A stretch of 63,930 nt of DNA, filler included, from Octopus bimaculoides (taxonomy: Eukaryota), in assembly GCF_001194135.2 (NCBI RefSeq). It is 8 parts of 8 records of this genome, joined end to end, with 100 filler letters (N's around TTAATTAATTAA, not from the genome) between each part and the next. Parts side by side here need not be neighbours in the genome. Positions count along the whole stretch, not along the records: positions 9,938 to 15,318 come from NC_068997.1; positions 15,419 to 19,471 come from NC_068986.1; positions 19,572 to 24,362 come from NC_069006.1; positions 24,463 to 36,892 come from NC_068984.1; 4 more parts are not named here. One strand, written 5' to 3'. The translations under genes and the position numbers were made by a program. Shown piece by piece: positions 11,316-24,717 of the stretch. The notes beneath the pieces were generated by a model. The model did not search any database. It worked only from the letters and a program-made list of their open reading frames with translations, and had not been told where the DNA came from. Within the stretch, counting starts at the first letter, position 1, and every line of letters begins with the position of its first letter.

Positions 11316-12128
11316 NNNNNNNNNNNNNNNNNNNNNNNNNNNNNNNNNNNNNNNNNNNNNNNNNNNNNNNNNNNNNNNNNNNNNNNNNNNNNNNNNNNNN
11401 NNNNNNNNNNNNNNNNNNNNNNNNNNNNNNNNNNNNNNNNNNNNNNNNNNNNNNNNNNNNNNNNNNNNNNNNNNNNNNNNNNNNNNNNNNNNNNNNNNNN
11501 NNNNNNNNNNNNNNNNNNNNNNNNNNNNNNNNNNNNNNNNNNNNNNNNNNNNNNNNNNNNNNNNNNNNNNNNNNNNNNNNNNNNNNNNNNNNNNNNNNNN
11601 NNNNNNNNNNNNNNNNNNNNNNNNNNNNNNNNNNNNNNNNNNNNNNNNNNNNNNNNNNNNNNNNNNNNNNNNNNNNNNNNNNNNNNNNNNNNNNNNNNNN
11701 NNNNNNNNNNNNNNNNNNNNNNNNNNNNNNNNNNNNNNNNNNNNNNNNNNNNNNNNNNNNNNNNNNNNNNNNNNNNNNNNNNNNNNNNNNNNNNNNNNNN
11801 NNNNNNNNNNNNNNNNNNNNNNNNNNNNNNNNNNNNNNNNNNNNNNNNNNNNNNNNNNNNNNNNNNNNNNNNNNNNNNNNNNNNNNNNNNNNNNNNNNNN
11901 NNNNNNNNNNNNNNNNNNNNNNNNNNNNNNNNNNNNNNNNNNNNNNNNNNNNNNNNNNNNNNNNNNNNNNNNNNNNNNNNNNNNNNNNNNNNNNNNNNNN
12001 NNNNNNNNNNNNNNNNNNNNNNNNNNNNNNNNNNNNNNNNNNNNNNNNNNNNNNNNNNNNNNNNNNNNNNNNNNNNNNNNNNNNNNNNNNNNNNNNNNNN
12101 NNNNNNNNNNNNNNNNNNNNNNNNNNNN

Positions 12129-12185
<57 letters not shown>

Positions 12186-12599
12186 CGTGCGTGCGCGTGT
12201 GTTTGACACAAGCGTACACCTATACTGATTAATTCCCATATCGGTATCAACATCTCGTCTAAACAAGAATAGCAATAGACTTATGGGACATAATTTTGTT
12301 AGAAATATTAATTTTTCCGGAACGTTAGAGCTATTAATTATACATAAATGATATAGGTTTCTTCTAGAAATCGAAACTTTATCGTTGACATAACACACTG
12401 CCAAACGAGTGAGCCTAATAAATCCATTTGAAACATCGACCAAATATCCCTCAAATCACATCTTATCTCCTTGAATAAGGAAAGTGCATACACAAAGTAT
12501 ACACACACGCACACGCACATACACACACACACGTACACACAAACACACACACACACCAAAAATTATACTTACATGAAGGATCTCATTGTGAAAAATTAG

Positions 12600-13110
12600 A
12601 ATGATTTATTGTAATTCTCTTATTTTGGGGCTGCCAGTGATTTGTTCTAGATATTTGTTTGCTCCTCTTGATATTCTAAGAGCCCCAATAATAATAGGTA
12701 ATGTTGTTCTGAGATGCCACATTCTTCCGATTTCAGTTCCTAGGTCCTTATATTTCCTTAGTTTACCAAACGTTTTCAGAGATGAGTTCTTGCTGGACGT
12801 GGCTGCAACGGCAATCATAAGAGAAGCCTTTTCAATATAATTTTTCACAAAGAGATAAAATCGGTTTGCCCGTATTTCCCGATTAGTCTGAACACTGAAA
12901 TTCCAAAGGATGATGAATCCAGCAGTTTGGGCACCTTGTGACGTCTGGTGTTCCTATTAATTGTTTGTGCGAAAGAGGTTGTATGTGCGATATATGGACC
13001 AGTATACTCAGCTACTTTATCACGCTTACGTAAATTTCTCTCCGAGTAAATGCTGCTTTCCTCTCTAAGTACATCTGGTATTTGAGTACTCTTTTTTCCA
13101 CCTTGTTGCA
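12600..13110 (-). mobile_element. R4/Dong-type (RLE) non-LTR retrotransposon 3' coding remnant
   Basis: Frameshifted translation: RKRDKVAEY (RHD motif region), a WDF..QTD..RPD-like segment, KNYIEKASLMIAVAA, KLRKYKDLGTEIGRMWHLRTTLPIIIGALRISRGANKYLEQITGSPKIRELQ. Confidence 0.8.
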
Positions 13111-14099
13111 CATTTTATGTGCTTACTCCGGTATATATACATATATATATATATATATATANNNNNNNNNNNNNNNNNNNNNNNNNNNNNNNNNNNNNNN
13201 NNNNNNNNNNNNNNNNNNNNNNNNNNNNNNNNNNNNNNNNNNNNNNNNNNNNNNNNNNNNNNNNNNNNNNNNNNNNNNNNNNNNNNNNNNNNNNNNNNNN
13301 NNNNNNNNNNNNNNNNNNNNNNNNNNNNNNNNNNNNNNNNNNNNNNNNNNNNNNNNNNNNNNNNNNNNNNNNNNNNNNNNNNNNNNNNNNNNNNNNNNNN
13401 NNNNNNNNNNNNNNNNNNNNNNNNNNNNNNNNNNNNNNNNNNNNNNNNNNNNNNNNNNNNNNNNNNNNNNNNNNNNNNNNNNNNNNNNNNNNNNNNNNNN
13501 NNNNNNNNNNNNNNNNNNNNNNNNNNNNNNNNNNNNNNNNNNNNNNNNNNNNNNNNNNNNNNNNNNNNNNNNNNNNNNNNNNNNNNNNNNNNNNNNNNNN
13601 NNNNNNNNNNNNNNNNNNNNNNNNNNNNNNNNNNNNNNNNNNNNNNNNNNNNNNNNNNNNNNNNNNNNNNNNNNNNNNNNNNNNNNNNNNNNNNNNNNNN
13701 NNNNNNNNNNNNNNNNNNNNNNNNNNNNNNNNNNNNNNNNNNNNNNNNNNNNNNNNNNNNNNNNNNNNNNNNNNNNNNNNNNNNNNNNNNNNNNNNNNNN
13801 NNNNNNNNNNNNNNNNNNNNNNNNNNNNNNNNNNNNNNNNNNNNNNNNNNNNNNNNNNNNNNNNNNNNNNNNNNNNNNNNNNNNNNNGTGGGGGAGAGAG
13901 AGGTCGGTTGTTTCTCTTGGATAGTGTTTTATTTTCTTCTTTCTTTCGTTTTCTTTCGTTTTTTTTTTTGTTAATCATTTTCTTGTCTTTGTTGTTGTGG
14001 TTATTGTTGTTGTTCTTGTTACTGCTATTGAAGCATATGGTTGTTGCTGCGAAGGTTGTCGATGTTGTTGTTGCTCCTGATGTTGATGTTCTTACTGTT

Positions 14100-14103
14100 G
14101 TTT

Positions 14104-14180
<77 letters not shown>
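14100..14180. repeat. (GTT)n microsatellite
   Basis: Direct reading. Confidence 0.95.
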
Positions 14181-14516
14181 ATAGTTTTTGTTGTTACGTC
14201 TGCTGTTATCGTCTTCGTTTATGTCTGATATTGTTGTTGTTGTTGTTTTTGTTGTTGTTATTTTGTGTATGGGTGCGTTTACGTGTGTAAAGTGTAAGTG
14301 AGACGGAGAGAAAGTGAGTGTGTGAGTGATTCTCTCTATCCTTCTGTGTCTGTATATGAGCGTATGTTCACGTGCGGGGCACGGGATGAGGAGGTGGGCT
14401 TGTTTGTCTCACCGTCATCCCTCAACCATACACCCCTTAACATTTTATCATTCGGGTAACTTCATCACCGTTACCATTGCTCTCTTTATCCTCCTCTCTC
14501 TGTCTATCTATATATA

Positions 14517-14519
<3 letters not shown>

Positions 14520-14573
<54 letters not shown>

Positions 14574-14594
14574 CTATCTCTATCTATCTATCTA

Positions 14595-14625
<31 letters not shown>

Positions 14626-14716
14626 GTCTATCTACCTATCTACCTTTTTTCTTATTATTTTACTACTTCTTTCCATCTTTTATTATTCTCTCCTCTCTCC
14701 CTCTCCCTCTCCCTCC

Positions 14717-14755
<39 letters not shown>
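14520..14755. repeat. Compound (CT)n/(CTAT)n microsatellite
   Basis: Direct reading. Confidence 0.9.
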
Positions 14756-14759
<4 letters not shown>

Positions 14760-15318
14760 ACACTTTCTATCCTCGCCCTTCTCTCTCTTTCGCTCTATTT
14801 ACATTATCTCACTTTCTCTGTCCAACAACTAAATGTCGTAATTCTCGTTTCTTCGATGAAAAATGAATTTGAACACGGTGAGATGAAGGAGGGGGGACGA
14901 GGTAGAGAAGGACGTGGGTAGCAGAAGAAGAAGAAGAAGAAGAAGAAGAAGAAAGACATCTATTATAGTGAATAATGGTTCTAGTTGATGACTATGTTTG
15001 TGTGTATACGTGTTCTGTTTTTGATGTATGCGGGTTCTGGTCATTTGTCAGTGCGTGCAGCCTCACCTCCGTGCAACGGCCACGTGTATATGCATACATA
15101 CATATATGTGTGTGCATGTGTGTGTGTTTGTTTGTGTGTGTGTGTGTGTGTGGTGATTGGACTGGTTTCAACTGATCTTTGGTTTTACATTTTTCGGACT
15201 TACTCTTTTCCATTTGTTTCTTTGCTTCGTTTTCTTTCTTTTTCCTTTCTTATTTCTTTCATGCTTTCTATATTTCTGCTTGTATATACATATACATATA
15301 TATATATATATATATATA

Positions 15319-15418
15319 NNNNNNNNNNNNNNNNNNNNNNNNNNNNNNNNNNNNNNNNNNNNTTAATTAATTAANNNNNNNNNNNNNNNNNNNNNNNNNN
15401 NNNNNNNNNNNNNNNNNN
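15319..15418. other. Artificial 100-nt scaffold spacer
   Basis: 44N-TTAATTAATTAA-44N. Confidence 0.95.
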
Positions 15419-18183
15419 CATAAACTGAGTGTATGTTTGGAGTTGCTTCGGCTGCAGAGTTTCCTTTTTTGTACTCATAAAGCATTAAGTGCCTTAAATG
15501 CTCTTTGGATACTTCCATGTTAGAAAGGGTTTTAATCAAAGAAATTTTTATTCTCTTATTCTGTAAAATAATATTTAATTAGTTTAAATGTACACAAATG
15601 CATAAAAATAATTTAAATTCCATTAGACATTCTAAAATACTATTAAATTTCATTTAGTTTTATTAAAGGTAAAATCGGACAGAACTTATGGGATGACCTG
15701 ATATATATATATATATATATTACAAAGAATTGGACACAAATACTACAAGACATCTTTTTTTCTACACTCTAACGACTGTTCTAATTCACCGCATTGATAA
15801 TTAGAAATTTCTGAATACCGTCAGATGCATAAGCACACGTGTGCATGTGTGTATGTCTATCGGCAAGAAATAGAATTGGTGTTTTACAAAAAAATATTTT
15901 GTGGTATTTAGTTCAGTACAAGTTACATTCTTTTACAGTTTTACGTTTCATTTCTCATGTTGATAAGTACCTTGCAGACTAAAGTATAGGAGTCGATATA
16001 ATCGACTAAAAAAGCCTGGAAGATGGTATCTTGCATGGCTTCAGTTCAGTTACTAAGAGATAAATTAGAATCGAGTCAATGCCAAAATATCTGTTTAAAC
16101 CCTCTTGAGATTTGTGAAGGACGCAATTTGCATAGCCAACTTATCCTGGATGTATTGTTGTGTATTCGTCCTTCGTATTCGAAGATGACTCCATCTCTGA
16201 TGGACCGTTACAACAGAGGATGCAGCAGTGAAGGCGAAAGAAGATTCGTGAGTATTCCTGCCTATACTATACTGTCGTTTCGGGGAAACTACTGCATTTC
16301 GTTGTCGTACACGGGCGTGCTATTCCGACCGTCGCAACAGAAATTCTTCTGCCTGATTGTGGTTTGAAGTACTAGTCCTAACTATCTCTGAACTTGGATT
16401 ATAGTGAGGCAGGGCTGCTCTAGATTAATATCCATGCTTTCTCATCCCTGATGTCCTGGACTTGTGACAAGGCATCCGAAATGACGGGGGTATCTCAAAG
16501 ATACAGTAAGATGACCAGAGTGACGTATGTGTCTCACTAAGTTCTGAGATAGGTATTGAACAGCGACGTTGCTGGATGTTATCTCCCTCTGCATATGAAT
16601 CTTAACCATTGATGAATAGGTTTCCGTAGCGCAAACTGCTGAAAATCCAGTCTTTGCACACATCTTAAACAAACATACATAAAACGTACATATGCAGAAA
16701 AATTGATAATCGATGACTCTCTCAAATTCATCCATCCTTTAACAGGTTTTGTTTTAAATTCCACAAGATGGCCAAAAATCACCCTCCTCATCTTTAATTT
16801 TAGGTAAAGGATAAAAGATAAGCTTTTGACAACATGATATATGAAATCAATCGCAAGTCGCCTAAAACTCACAGCGTGTCATTACTTTCATTATTTGACC
16901 GTCTTAGGAGACACATTGCAAAATGCATTCTTAGATACACTATAAATAAACGGGATGATTGCATCTGACACCTTTCATCCTAAGGTTACCAGACGCACTC
17001 ACTTTGGGTTAAACAGTTGATTCGAAATTTTCAACTGTTTCTTCTTTGATGACGCATTTAAATATTGTAATTGCAGTCATTTTGTTTCAGCAATAGCCAT
17101 GAAAAGTAATTTCTTTCCCAACTAATCTGTAAGAGTGATAGAGAAAAAAGGCAATATCCTTTTAATTTTAACTATGTGTATGAGGTTGATTTTGCCTAAA
17201 TTCCTCTACTGGAACTTTTTCGTCTGTTGTTGCTATTGTTGGTCTTTAACTTCAACTTAGCAGGGTAGGCATAAGGCCAAAAATATTCCTGCTTTCAATG
17301 TTTTTTAACACTTTTTTTTTCTTAATTATCTAATCAATTATTTTAAAAACAGATTAAGGGACGTGATTTGAAGAATATTTGGCTGCTATATCTACCAGGT
17401 CGAATAAACGTAGAGAAGTTTCGTTGCTGTTATTGTTGCAGCACAACTTTGATCCAGCAAGCTTATGATTAAACCGTTCCAAAGATGACCGTCTCATCTC
17501 ATTGACAGAAAATGTATTTGCAGACACATTAGCTCTTGGCTTCTTTATCCTTTGTAACAAGAGTGAAATGATAGTGATGACTTCGAAAATTGTTATTTAG
17601 CCCTAGGTTAACCTTCAGTGAGTAAACTGATGATCAAAACATACCAGCAACGAGCATCAAATTGCTTTAAGACTATATCTATAATATCCAATTTTCTTTC
17701 ACTTAGACGACAAAGACAGCTAAGAGGATAAATTTAGCTGTTATTTCTAGCAGGTCGACCTAAAACGTTGAAGCCTCACTATTAGTTCGTATTTGTACAT
17801 TACTTTTTGTTTCTTGACGAGCAAGTACAATACTCATTACAGGATAAATTAAAATAATTACATGAGATAAGCAACATACATATTTGTTCGGACATACTTT
17901 TAGAGTCATGTTTTTTTAATCATTTTTTTTTTCTGTATTCCCTTACTTTATCAGTTCGCCATCCCGATCCCCGATCACCACCAGATAAAAGGAAAAAGTA
18001 GTCTTGTCTACCTCATCTTATTGAAGTAAACTGTGATATGGGAAGAGAGGATGGGCGAGGCACAAGAAAGGAAAGAAAAAATGTACCAGGTGTTAGTGGA
18101 GGACTGTTGTAAGAACATACTTGCCGGTGGTGATAGGCAGTCGAGAATTCGAAGACCATCAGTAGGTCTGGACATTGCAGGGA

Positions 18184-18388
18184 TCTTTTCTACTATAGGC
18201 ACACAGGGTGGTGGGAGGCTATTCGATTGCATTGATCCCAGTGCTCAACTGGTACTTATTTTATCGAACCCGAAATGATGAAAGGCAGAGAAGACCTCGG
18301 TGAAATTTGAACTCAGAACGTAAAGCCAGGAGAAATTTCGTTAAGCATCTTGCCCGAAGTGCTAACGAGTTTGTCAACTTGCCGTCTT
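18184..18388 (-). mobile_element. SINE family A (degenerate)
   Basis: AACTGGTACTTATTTTATCGA..GATGAAAGGC..AATTTGAACTCAGAACG..GCTAACG. Confidence 0.75.
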
Positions 18389-19424
18389 TTCGAACATAAC
18401 AGGAATGAATAGGAAAAAAAAGCCATTATGAACACGATAACAAGATAGACGCTACTGAGAAAATACCTAGATGGCTACTTGGATTTTAGTGTACTCTGGC
18501 CAATTGATAATCCCTTGACTGTATAAATTTCTATTGTATACTATAGTTTGCACCTACCTCTTTAAGTATATATACAGTTATATGGCTGACATATATATAA
18601 GAACTTAGTTGCGATGCATAAATATTAACAATAGCATCCATTACTTCACTGAGAACGTAGTTTCGATCGACAGACTTCCGACCCAGCACGCTTCCACTGC
18701 GCCACTCTGTAGAATGCCATTTCAATGCAGGCCTAAGCTTGATCGACCTAGGTCGTGTCACCTGAACGGGGATATGTAATCAGTGTCATCTTGAAGCGTT
18801 GGTTCACTGGGCAGTTATCCAGTGGTGTTACTGATCAAGAGGTCCATTTCTGTCCTATGTATGTTGTAGCGGCAATATATAAAGACATAGGGCACAATGC
18901 GTTGAATTGCACGGGAGTCAATAATGCTACGAAGACAGCCTGGTATGTAATACCTGAAACAGCCCGTTACTCCAGGATACAACACTAAAGAGGTGTCCTA
19001 GTGCCGCGTCTTAAGAAGTATGTGGAGTTACTATAACATTCACAACTTCTTCATTAAAATTACGGTAAACAAATCTAGCAAAAGCAGAATTGCAATGATG
19101 ATAAAGAATTTTTCAATGTAATAATAATTTCCCCACAGAAATTCCCAAATTTCACTCTACAATCTCGAAATTCTCCCCAGCTTGCGTTCCGATGGTTGGG
19201 TACAGAGCGGAGAGAATTTATCTTAGGTTTAAGAATTGCGGATCTAGACAGTATACAAATAATGACGAAAACGTTTATATTGTTATGTACACATATGTAG
19301 AAATTTATCTAAGCAAGAATTGACGATATATTCTTAAATAAACACAGATGTGTATATCTTTCGCTCTCAAATTCTATTATTCTTTTGCTGGCTTTAGTCA
19401 GGCTGCGGTCATGTTAAGGCGCCA

Positions 19425-19471
<47 letters not shown>

Positions 19472-19571
19472 NNNNNNNNNNNNNNNNNNNNNNNNNNNNN
19501 NNNNNNNNNNNNNNNTTAATTAATTAANNNNNNNNNNNNNNNNNNNNNNNNNNNNNNNNNNNNNNNNNNNN
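19472..19571. other. Artificial 100-nt scaffold spacer
   Basis: 44N-TTAATTAATTAA-44N. Confidence 0.95.
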
Positions 19572-19654
19572 TATATATACATATATAGTCAGAAGTTAAA
19601 CACATAAACAAACAGACATAAAGAAGACAAAGAAAGTCAAGTTGAAAAACATAC

Positions 19655-19805
19655 TTGAATACACAGACAAATGGAGAACAAACGCAGAAGGTCGCCAACA
19701 CCTTGTCAGGTATTGGCCAGGGTGTCAAACACAATTTTGTGCCATTGTCGATAATATTGCTTCCACCCTGGAGACAACCAGCAAGAGAATTTGCTGGGAA
19801 TGCGA
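19655..19805 (-). CDS. Candidate 151-bp internal exon of an unidentified gene
   Basis: Strong acceptor (TTGTTTTGTTTTGTTGTTTTAG) and donor (AA|GTATGT). One frame is open across it (AFPANSLAGCLQGGSNIIDNGTKLCLTPWPIPDKVLATFCVCSPFVCVF). No family recognised. Confidence 0.25.
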
Positions 19806-19914
19806 CTAAAACAACAAAACAAAACAAATATTAATTACTATACATGTTTGACTTCTGAAAATATTCACGCTACACAACACACTCCTTATTTTTAACCTAT
19901 ATATATATATATAT

Positions 19915-20735
19915 ATGCTCCGTTGGATGTGTAATGTCAATGTGAATACCCGTCAGAGTGTAAGTATCTTGAGAGAAAAGCTGAACATTAGAAGCATCAG
20001 TTGTGGCGTGCAAGAGAGACGATTGCGCTGGTATGGACATGTGGTGAGAATGGAGGAGGATAGCTGCGTGAAAAAGTGCCACACCCTAACAGTTGAGGGA
20101 ACCCGTGGAAGAGGTAGGCCCAGGATGACCTGGGCTGAGGTGGTGAGGCAAGACCTTCGTACATTGGGCCTCACCGAGGCGATGACTACTGACCGAGACC
20201 TTTGGAAATGTGCTGTGCGTGAGAAGNNNNNNNNNNNNNNNNNNNNNNNNNNNNNNNNNNNNNNNNNNNNNNNNNNNNNNNNNNNNNNNNNNNNNNNNNN
20301 NNNNNNNNNNNNNNNNNNNNNNNNNNNNNNNNNNNNNNNNNNNNNNNNNNNNNNNNNNNNNNNNNNNNNNNNNNNNNNNNNNNNNNNNNNNNNNNNNNNN
20401 NNNNNNNNNNNNNNNNNNNNNNNNNNNNNNNNNNNNNNNNNNNNNNNNNNNNNNNNNNNNNNNNNNNNNNNNNNNNNNNNNNNNNNNNNNNNNNNNNNNN
20501 NNNNGGCACATAAAAGACACCATTTCGAGCGTGGCCGTTTTCGTGCGGGTGACACGTAAAAGCACCCACTACACTCTCTGAGTGGTTGGCGTTAGGAAGG
20601 GCATCCAGCTGTAGAAACTCTGCCAAATCAGACTGGAGCCTGGTGTTGCCATCCGGTTTCACCAGTCCTCAGTCAAATCGTTCAACCCATGCTAGCATGG
20701 AAAGCGGACGTTAAACGATGATGATGATGATGATG
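19915..20735 (+). mobile_element. RTE-clade LINE, 5'-truncated 3' end (ORF C-terminus, gap, 3' UTR, (GAT)n tail)
   Basis: MLRWMCNV..LREKL..RRLRWYGHVVRM..GRGRPRMTW..DRDLWK is a typical RTE post-RT region. UTR has GGTTGGCGTTAGGAAGGGCATCCAGCTGTAGAAAC and ends ACGTTAAACGATGATGATG. Confidence 0.9.
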
Positions 20736-20754
20736 ATATATGTATGTATATATA

Positions 20755-21150
20755 TTGAGTGTTGGGCCTTACGGAGGCAAAGGGTCCAAGTTCCTTTCGA
20801 GCATTGGGCCTCACAGAGATAAAGTGGCTGAGTTCCTTTCAAGCATTGGGCCTCACAGAAGCAATGTGGCTGAGTCCCTCTCGAGTGTTGGGCTTCATGG
20901 AGGCAATGACAAAGACCTTTGGCATTATGTTATGCTTGAGAAGATCCACCAAACCAAGCAGAACCAGAGTCATGGTAGATACTGGTGTCACACAAATTAC
21001 ACTCTCAGAGGGGTTGGCATTAGGAAGGGCATCCAGCTGTAGAAAACCATGCCAAATCAGACTGGAGTCTGGAGTCTCCCAGCTTACCAGCCCTGGTCAA
21101 ACTATCCAACACATGCCACTATGGACAACGGACATTAAATGATGATGATG
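20755..21150 (+). mobile_element. Second RTE 3' end with an internal 42-bp tandem expansion
   Basis: LGLTEAM-like units at 20762, 20804, 20846 and 20888; same UTR box AGGAAGGGCATCCAGCTGTAGAAA and ACATTAAATGATGATGATG tail. Confidence 0.75.
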
Positions 21151-21152
21151 TG

Positions 21153-21250
21153 ATGGGCTTCTTTCAGTTTCCATCAACCAAAACCACTCACAAGGCTTTG
21201 GTTGGCCCAAGGATAGAGTAGAAGACACTTGCCCAAGGTGTCATGCAGTG
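21153..21250 (-). mobile_element. SINE family B fragment
   Basis: GGGCTTCTTTCAGTTTCC..CACTCACAAGGCTTTGG..GAAGACACTTGCCCAAGGTG. Confidence 0.75.
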
Positions 21251-21355
21251 TTGGTTTGTTTACACTCCTGTAACCTAGCAGTTTGGCAAAAGAGATTGAC
21301 AGAATAAGTAAAAGACTTTAAAAACAGCAAAAGTGTGATTGATTTGTTTGACTAT
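21250..21355 (+). mobile_element. SINE family C fragment
   Basis: GTTTACACTCCTGTAACCTAGCAGTTTGGCAAAAGAGA..AGAATAAGTA. Confidence 0.6.
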
Positions 21356-21390
21356 AGGAGATGCATTAATTATACATATATTTCTAAACC

Positions 21391-21425
<35 letters not shown>

Positions 21426-22184
21426 TTATTATTATTATTATGATATATATTTATATATTGTGTGTATATATATATGTATAAGTATAGCCCATCATGTTGA
21501 GTGATGTATACAGTTATACCAATTATTGAAACAACTGTTACTAATTAGAGGTATGTAATCCTATCATATTTCATTCGTTTGCCTGATAACTATGCACACA
21601 CATGCATCTGTACATATGCACATACATCTGTGCATATGTATTTATGTACGGTCACATGCTTCTGTTTGCAAATATTTCAGTTTGCAGCATGGCTTTACAA
21701 ACAGCACAGAAACAAAAAAAGCACTCAATGCATGTACAAGAGTAAATTTAGAGTGTGTAGAATGATTGAGGCCACTTTGTGTTTTGTTACTCGGATTGTC
21801 ATGTTCGAGGATGATCTGCAGGTGAGGATACTTTATGCTGAGAACCTTAGTATGGTCAGAAAATGCAACAGGTTACACACACACACACACACACATTAAT
21901 AACAGTTTGACTCAGTTCTATATGATTTAAAGCTTCATGGGTTTATATGAAGAATACAGATAGATAAATTCCCATCTATCTATCTATCTATATAGCTATC
22001 TATCTATCTATCTATCTATCTNNNNNNNNNNNNNNNNNNNNNNNNNNNNNNNNNNNNNNNNNNNNNNNNNNNNNNNNNNNNNNNNNNNNNNNNNNNNNNN
22101 NNNNNNNNNNNNNNNNNNNNNTATATATATATATACATATACACACACACACATACATACACACACACACAAACACAAACATAC

Positions 22185-22555
22185 CTCTGTTAGTAATGAA
22201 GGGCCTTTCCTTTAGAGTGAAAGGCAGATTATATGATGCCTGTGTAGGAACAGCTACATGGCAGTGAGACATGCAAAGGCTTGAAAGAAATGAAATCAGT
22301 ATGCTTCTCTGGGTGGGTAACGTCAGTGTGCATATACAACAGAGTGTAAGTGATTTGAGAGAAAAACTGGGTGTATGAGGCATCAGATGTAGTGTACAAG
22401 TGAGAAGACTACCTGGTATGGCCATGTAGTGCATATGAATGAAGACAACTGCATCAACAGGCACCAATCTCAAATTGGAGAGGGATCATGTAGAAGGGGT
22501 AGACCCAGGAAGACATGGGACAAAGTGGGGAGAAAGTATCTACAGATGTAAAGAC
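22185..22555 (+). mobile_element. Degenerate RTE LINE ORF fragment
   Basis: KGLSFRVKGRLYDACV..RLERNEISML..LREKLG..WYGHVVHM..RGRPRKTWDKV, with indels and stops. Confidence 0.8.
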
Positions 22556-24181
22556 TCACAGAGGAGATGACAGGGGACTGAGGCCCCTGGTGGTGGTGGC
22601 GATGGTGGTGGTGATGGTCGTCACCGTGGTGATCGTGGTGGTAGTGGTGGTGGTCATCACAAGCGTTGTTGTTGTCATTGTGGTCTTAGCGGTGATGATG
22701 ACAACGATGGTGGTGGTGGTGGTCATCATCGTGGTGGTGATGGTGGTGGCAGTCGTGGTGGACTCTTAAATATAGCTTCAAGTGATTGTTGAGAGGGTGC
22801 CATACTAGGATAATCCGACAGTCTTAACTGTTTATCTGTCACACAGACTTGTTGTTGACAACCGAAATTTGTTCGATCCACATCTAATATCTTTGACAAT
22901 TCCAACCAAACATGTCAAGACATAGCAGAACAAACGAGGAAAAAATATTTTGGTCAAGTTGGACTTGGTGTTTATAAGTATCCTCCACCCCACACTCACT
23001 GATTACTCCATACTATCTTTGTGTGTGTATGTGTGTGTGTGTGCGTGTGCGCGTGCATGTGTGTGTGTGTGTTCACATGTGTGTATATATCTAATATAAT
23101 AAATGCGTAAACTAATTTCTGTGTGCCAGTGTGTCACACTTCCACCTCCTTTCTCACTATTCAGTAACACTTTCTCGTGCTGGGGTGAGAGTAATAGTAG
23201 GCATAGAGGCGGTGAGGGTGGTGGCAAAAATAGAGAGAGAGAAAGAAAGAAAGAAAGAAGGAAAGAAAGAAAGAAAAAGCGAGGGAGAGAGAGACAAAGA
23301 AATTTAGGGAGAGTTGAAGATGTTTTATTAAAAGTAGTAGTGTTGATGGGAGTTTATGATAAGAGAGAGAGAGAGAGANNNNNNNNNNNNNNNNNNNNNN
23401 NNNNNNNNNNNNNNNNNNNNNNNNNNNNNNNNNNNNNNNNNNNNNNNNNNNNNNNNNNNNNNNNNNNNNNNNNNNNNNNNNNNNNNNNNNNNNNNNNNNN
23501 NNNNNNNNNNNNNNNNNNNNNNNNNNNNNNNNNNNNNNNNNNNNNNNNNNNNNNNNNNNNNNNNNNNNNNNNNNNNNNNNNNNNNNNNNNNNNNNNNNNN
23601 NNNNNNNNNNNNNNNNNNNNNNNNNNNNNNNNNNNNNNNNNNNNNNNNNNNNNNNNNNNNNNNNNNNNNNNNNNNNNNNNNNNNNNNNNNNNNNNNNNNN
23701 NNNNNNNNNNNNNNNNNNNNNNNNNNNNNNNNNNNNNNNNNNNNNNNNNNNNNNNNNNNNNNNNNNNNNNNNNNNNNNNNNNNNNNNNNNNNNNNNNNNN
23801 NNNNNNNNNNNNNNNNNNNNNNNNNNNNNNNNNNNNTATAATAAAGGAGTTACAATGCAAAAACGTATAAATTCAAATGAACATATTTATCTTCTTCAAT
23901 ATATATTTCAGTATAAAGAATTCATTAAGAGACTTAAATGAAAATTTCTTTACACATCATTCAGGAATAAATATTAAAGTTTTAGCAAAAAGAACGCTAT
24001 TTCCTACATACAGGCATCCGCGTCTGCGCCCGTACACACACGCACTCACATTCATGCGCGCACACACGTTCATGCACGCACACACGTGCACTCTCACATG
24101 TATATGTATGCATACACAAACAAGCAAAGTTCACAAGTCATAAACACATACACACACACATACATCCACACACACACACAT

Positions 24182-24227
<46 letters not shown>

Positions 24228-24362
24228 GTTAAAAAAACCTCATTTTAAAATATATTATAAAATTATATATACATATACACACACAAAAAAAACACATACA
24301 AAACACCATACACACACACATATACGCATACATACATATATACATATATATACAAGTACATA

Positions 24363-24462
24363 NNNNNNNNNNNNNNNNNNNNNNNNNNNNNNNNNNNNNN
24401 NNNNNNTTAATTAATTAANNNNNNNNNNNNNNNNNNNNNNNNNNNNNNNNNNNNNNNNNNNN
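24363..24462. other. Artificial 100-nt scaffold spacer
   Basis: 44N-TTAATTAATTAA-44N. Confidence 0.95.
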
Positions 24463-24717
24463 TTATTAAATTTTCACCAGATTATTTTCAGAAAATGCAC
24501 TTTTGCATGCTGATGCAGAGTCATCTTAGTAGCATTATCCCACCCCCACAAGCAAATAAATGCACTGGGACTTATAGTATTTATTTATTGACATCAAGCT
24601 ACAGCATACGTAGATCAGAATTGGTCTCCTGAGCAACTGCCCTGTATGCACAACCCTTAAAAAGGCTTTGTACTGATGACAAAAACGCACTCATTTTTTT
24701 TCTCCTAGAAATTAATA

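Noticed and set aside
16130-16870. Possible ancient RTE reverse-transcriptase remnant
   Set aside because: Only vague motif echoes across several frames; it needs a translated HMM search.
24608-24670. 63-bp minus-strand mini-exon candidate (YKAFLRVVHTGQLLRRPILIY) near the putative RFX promoter
   Set aside because: AG/GT boundaries exist, but such short frames are common by chance and the peptide is unrecognised.
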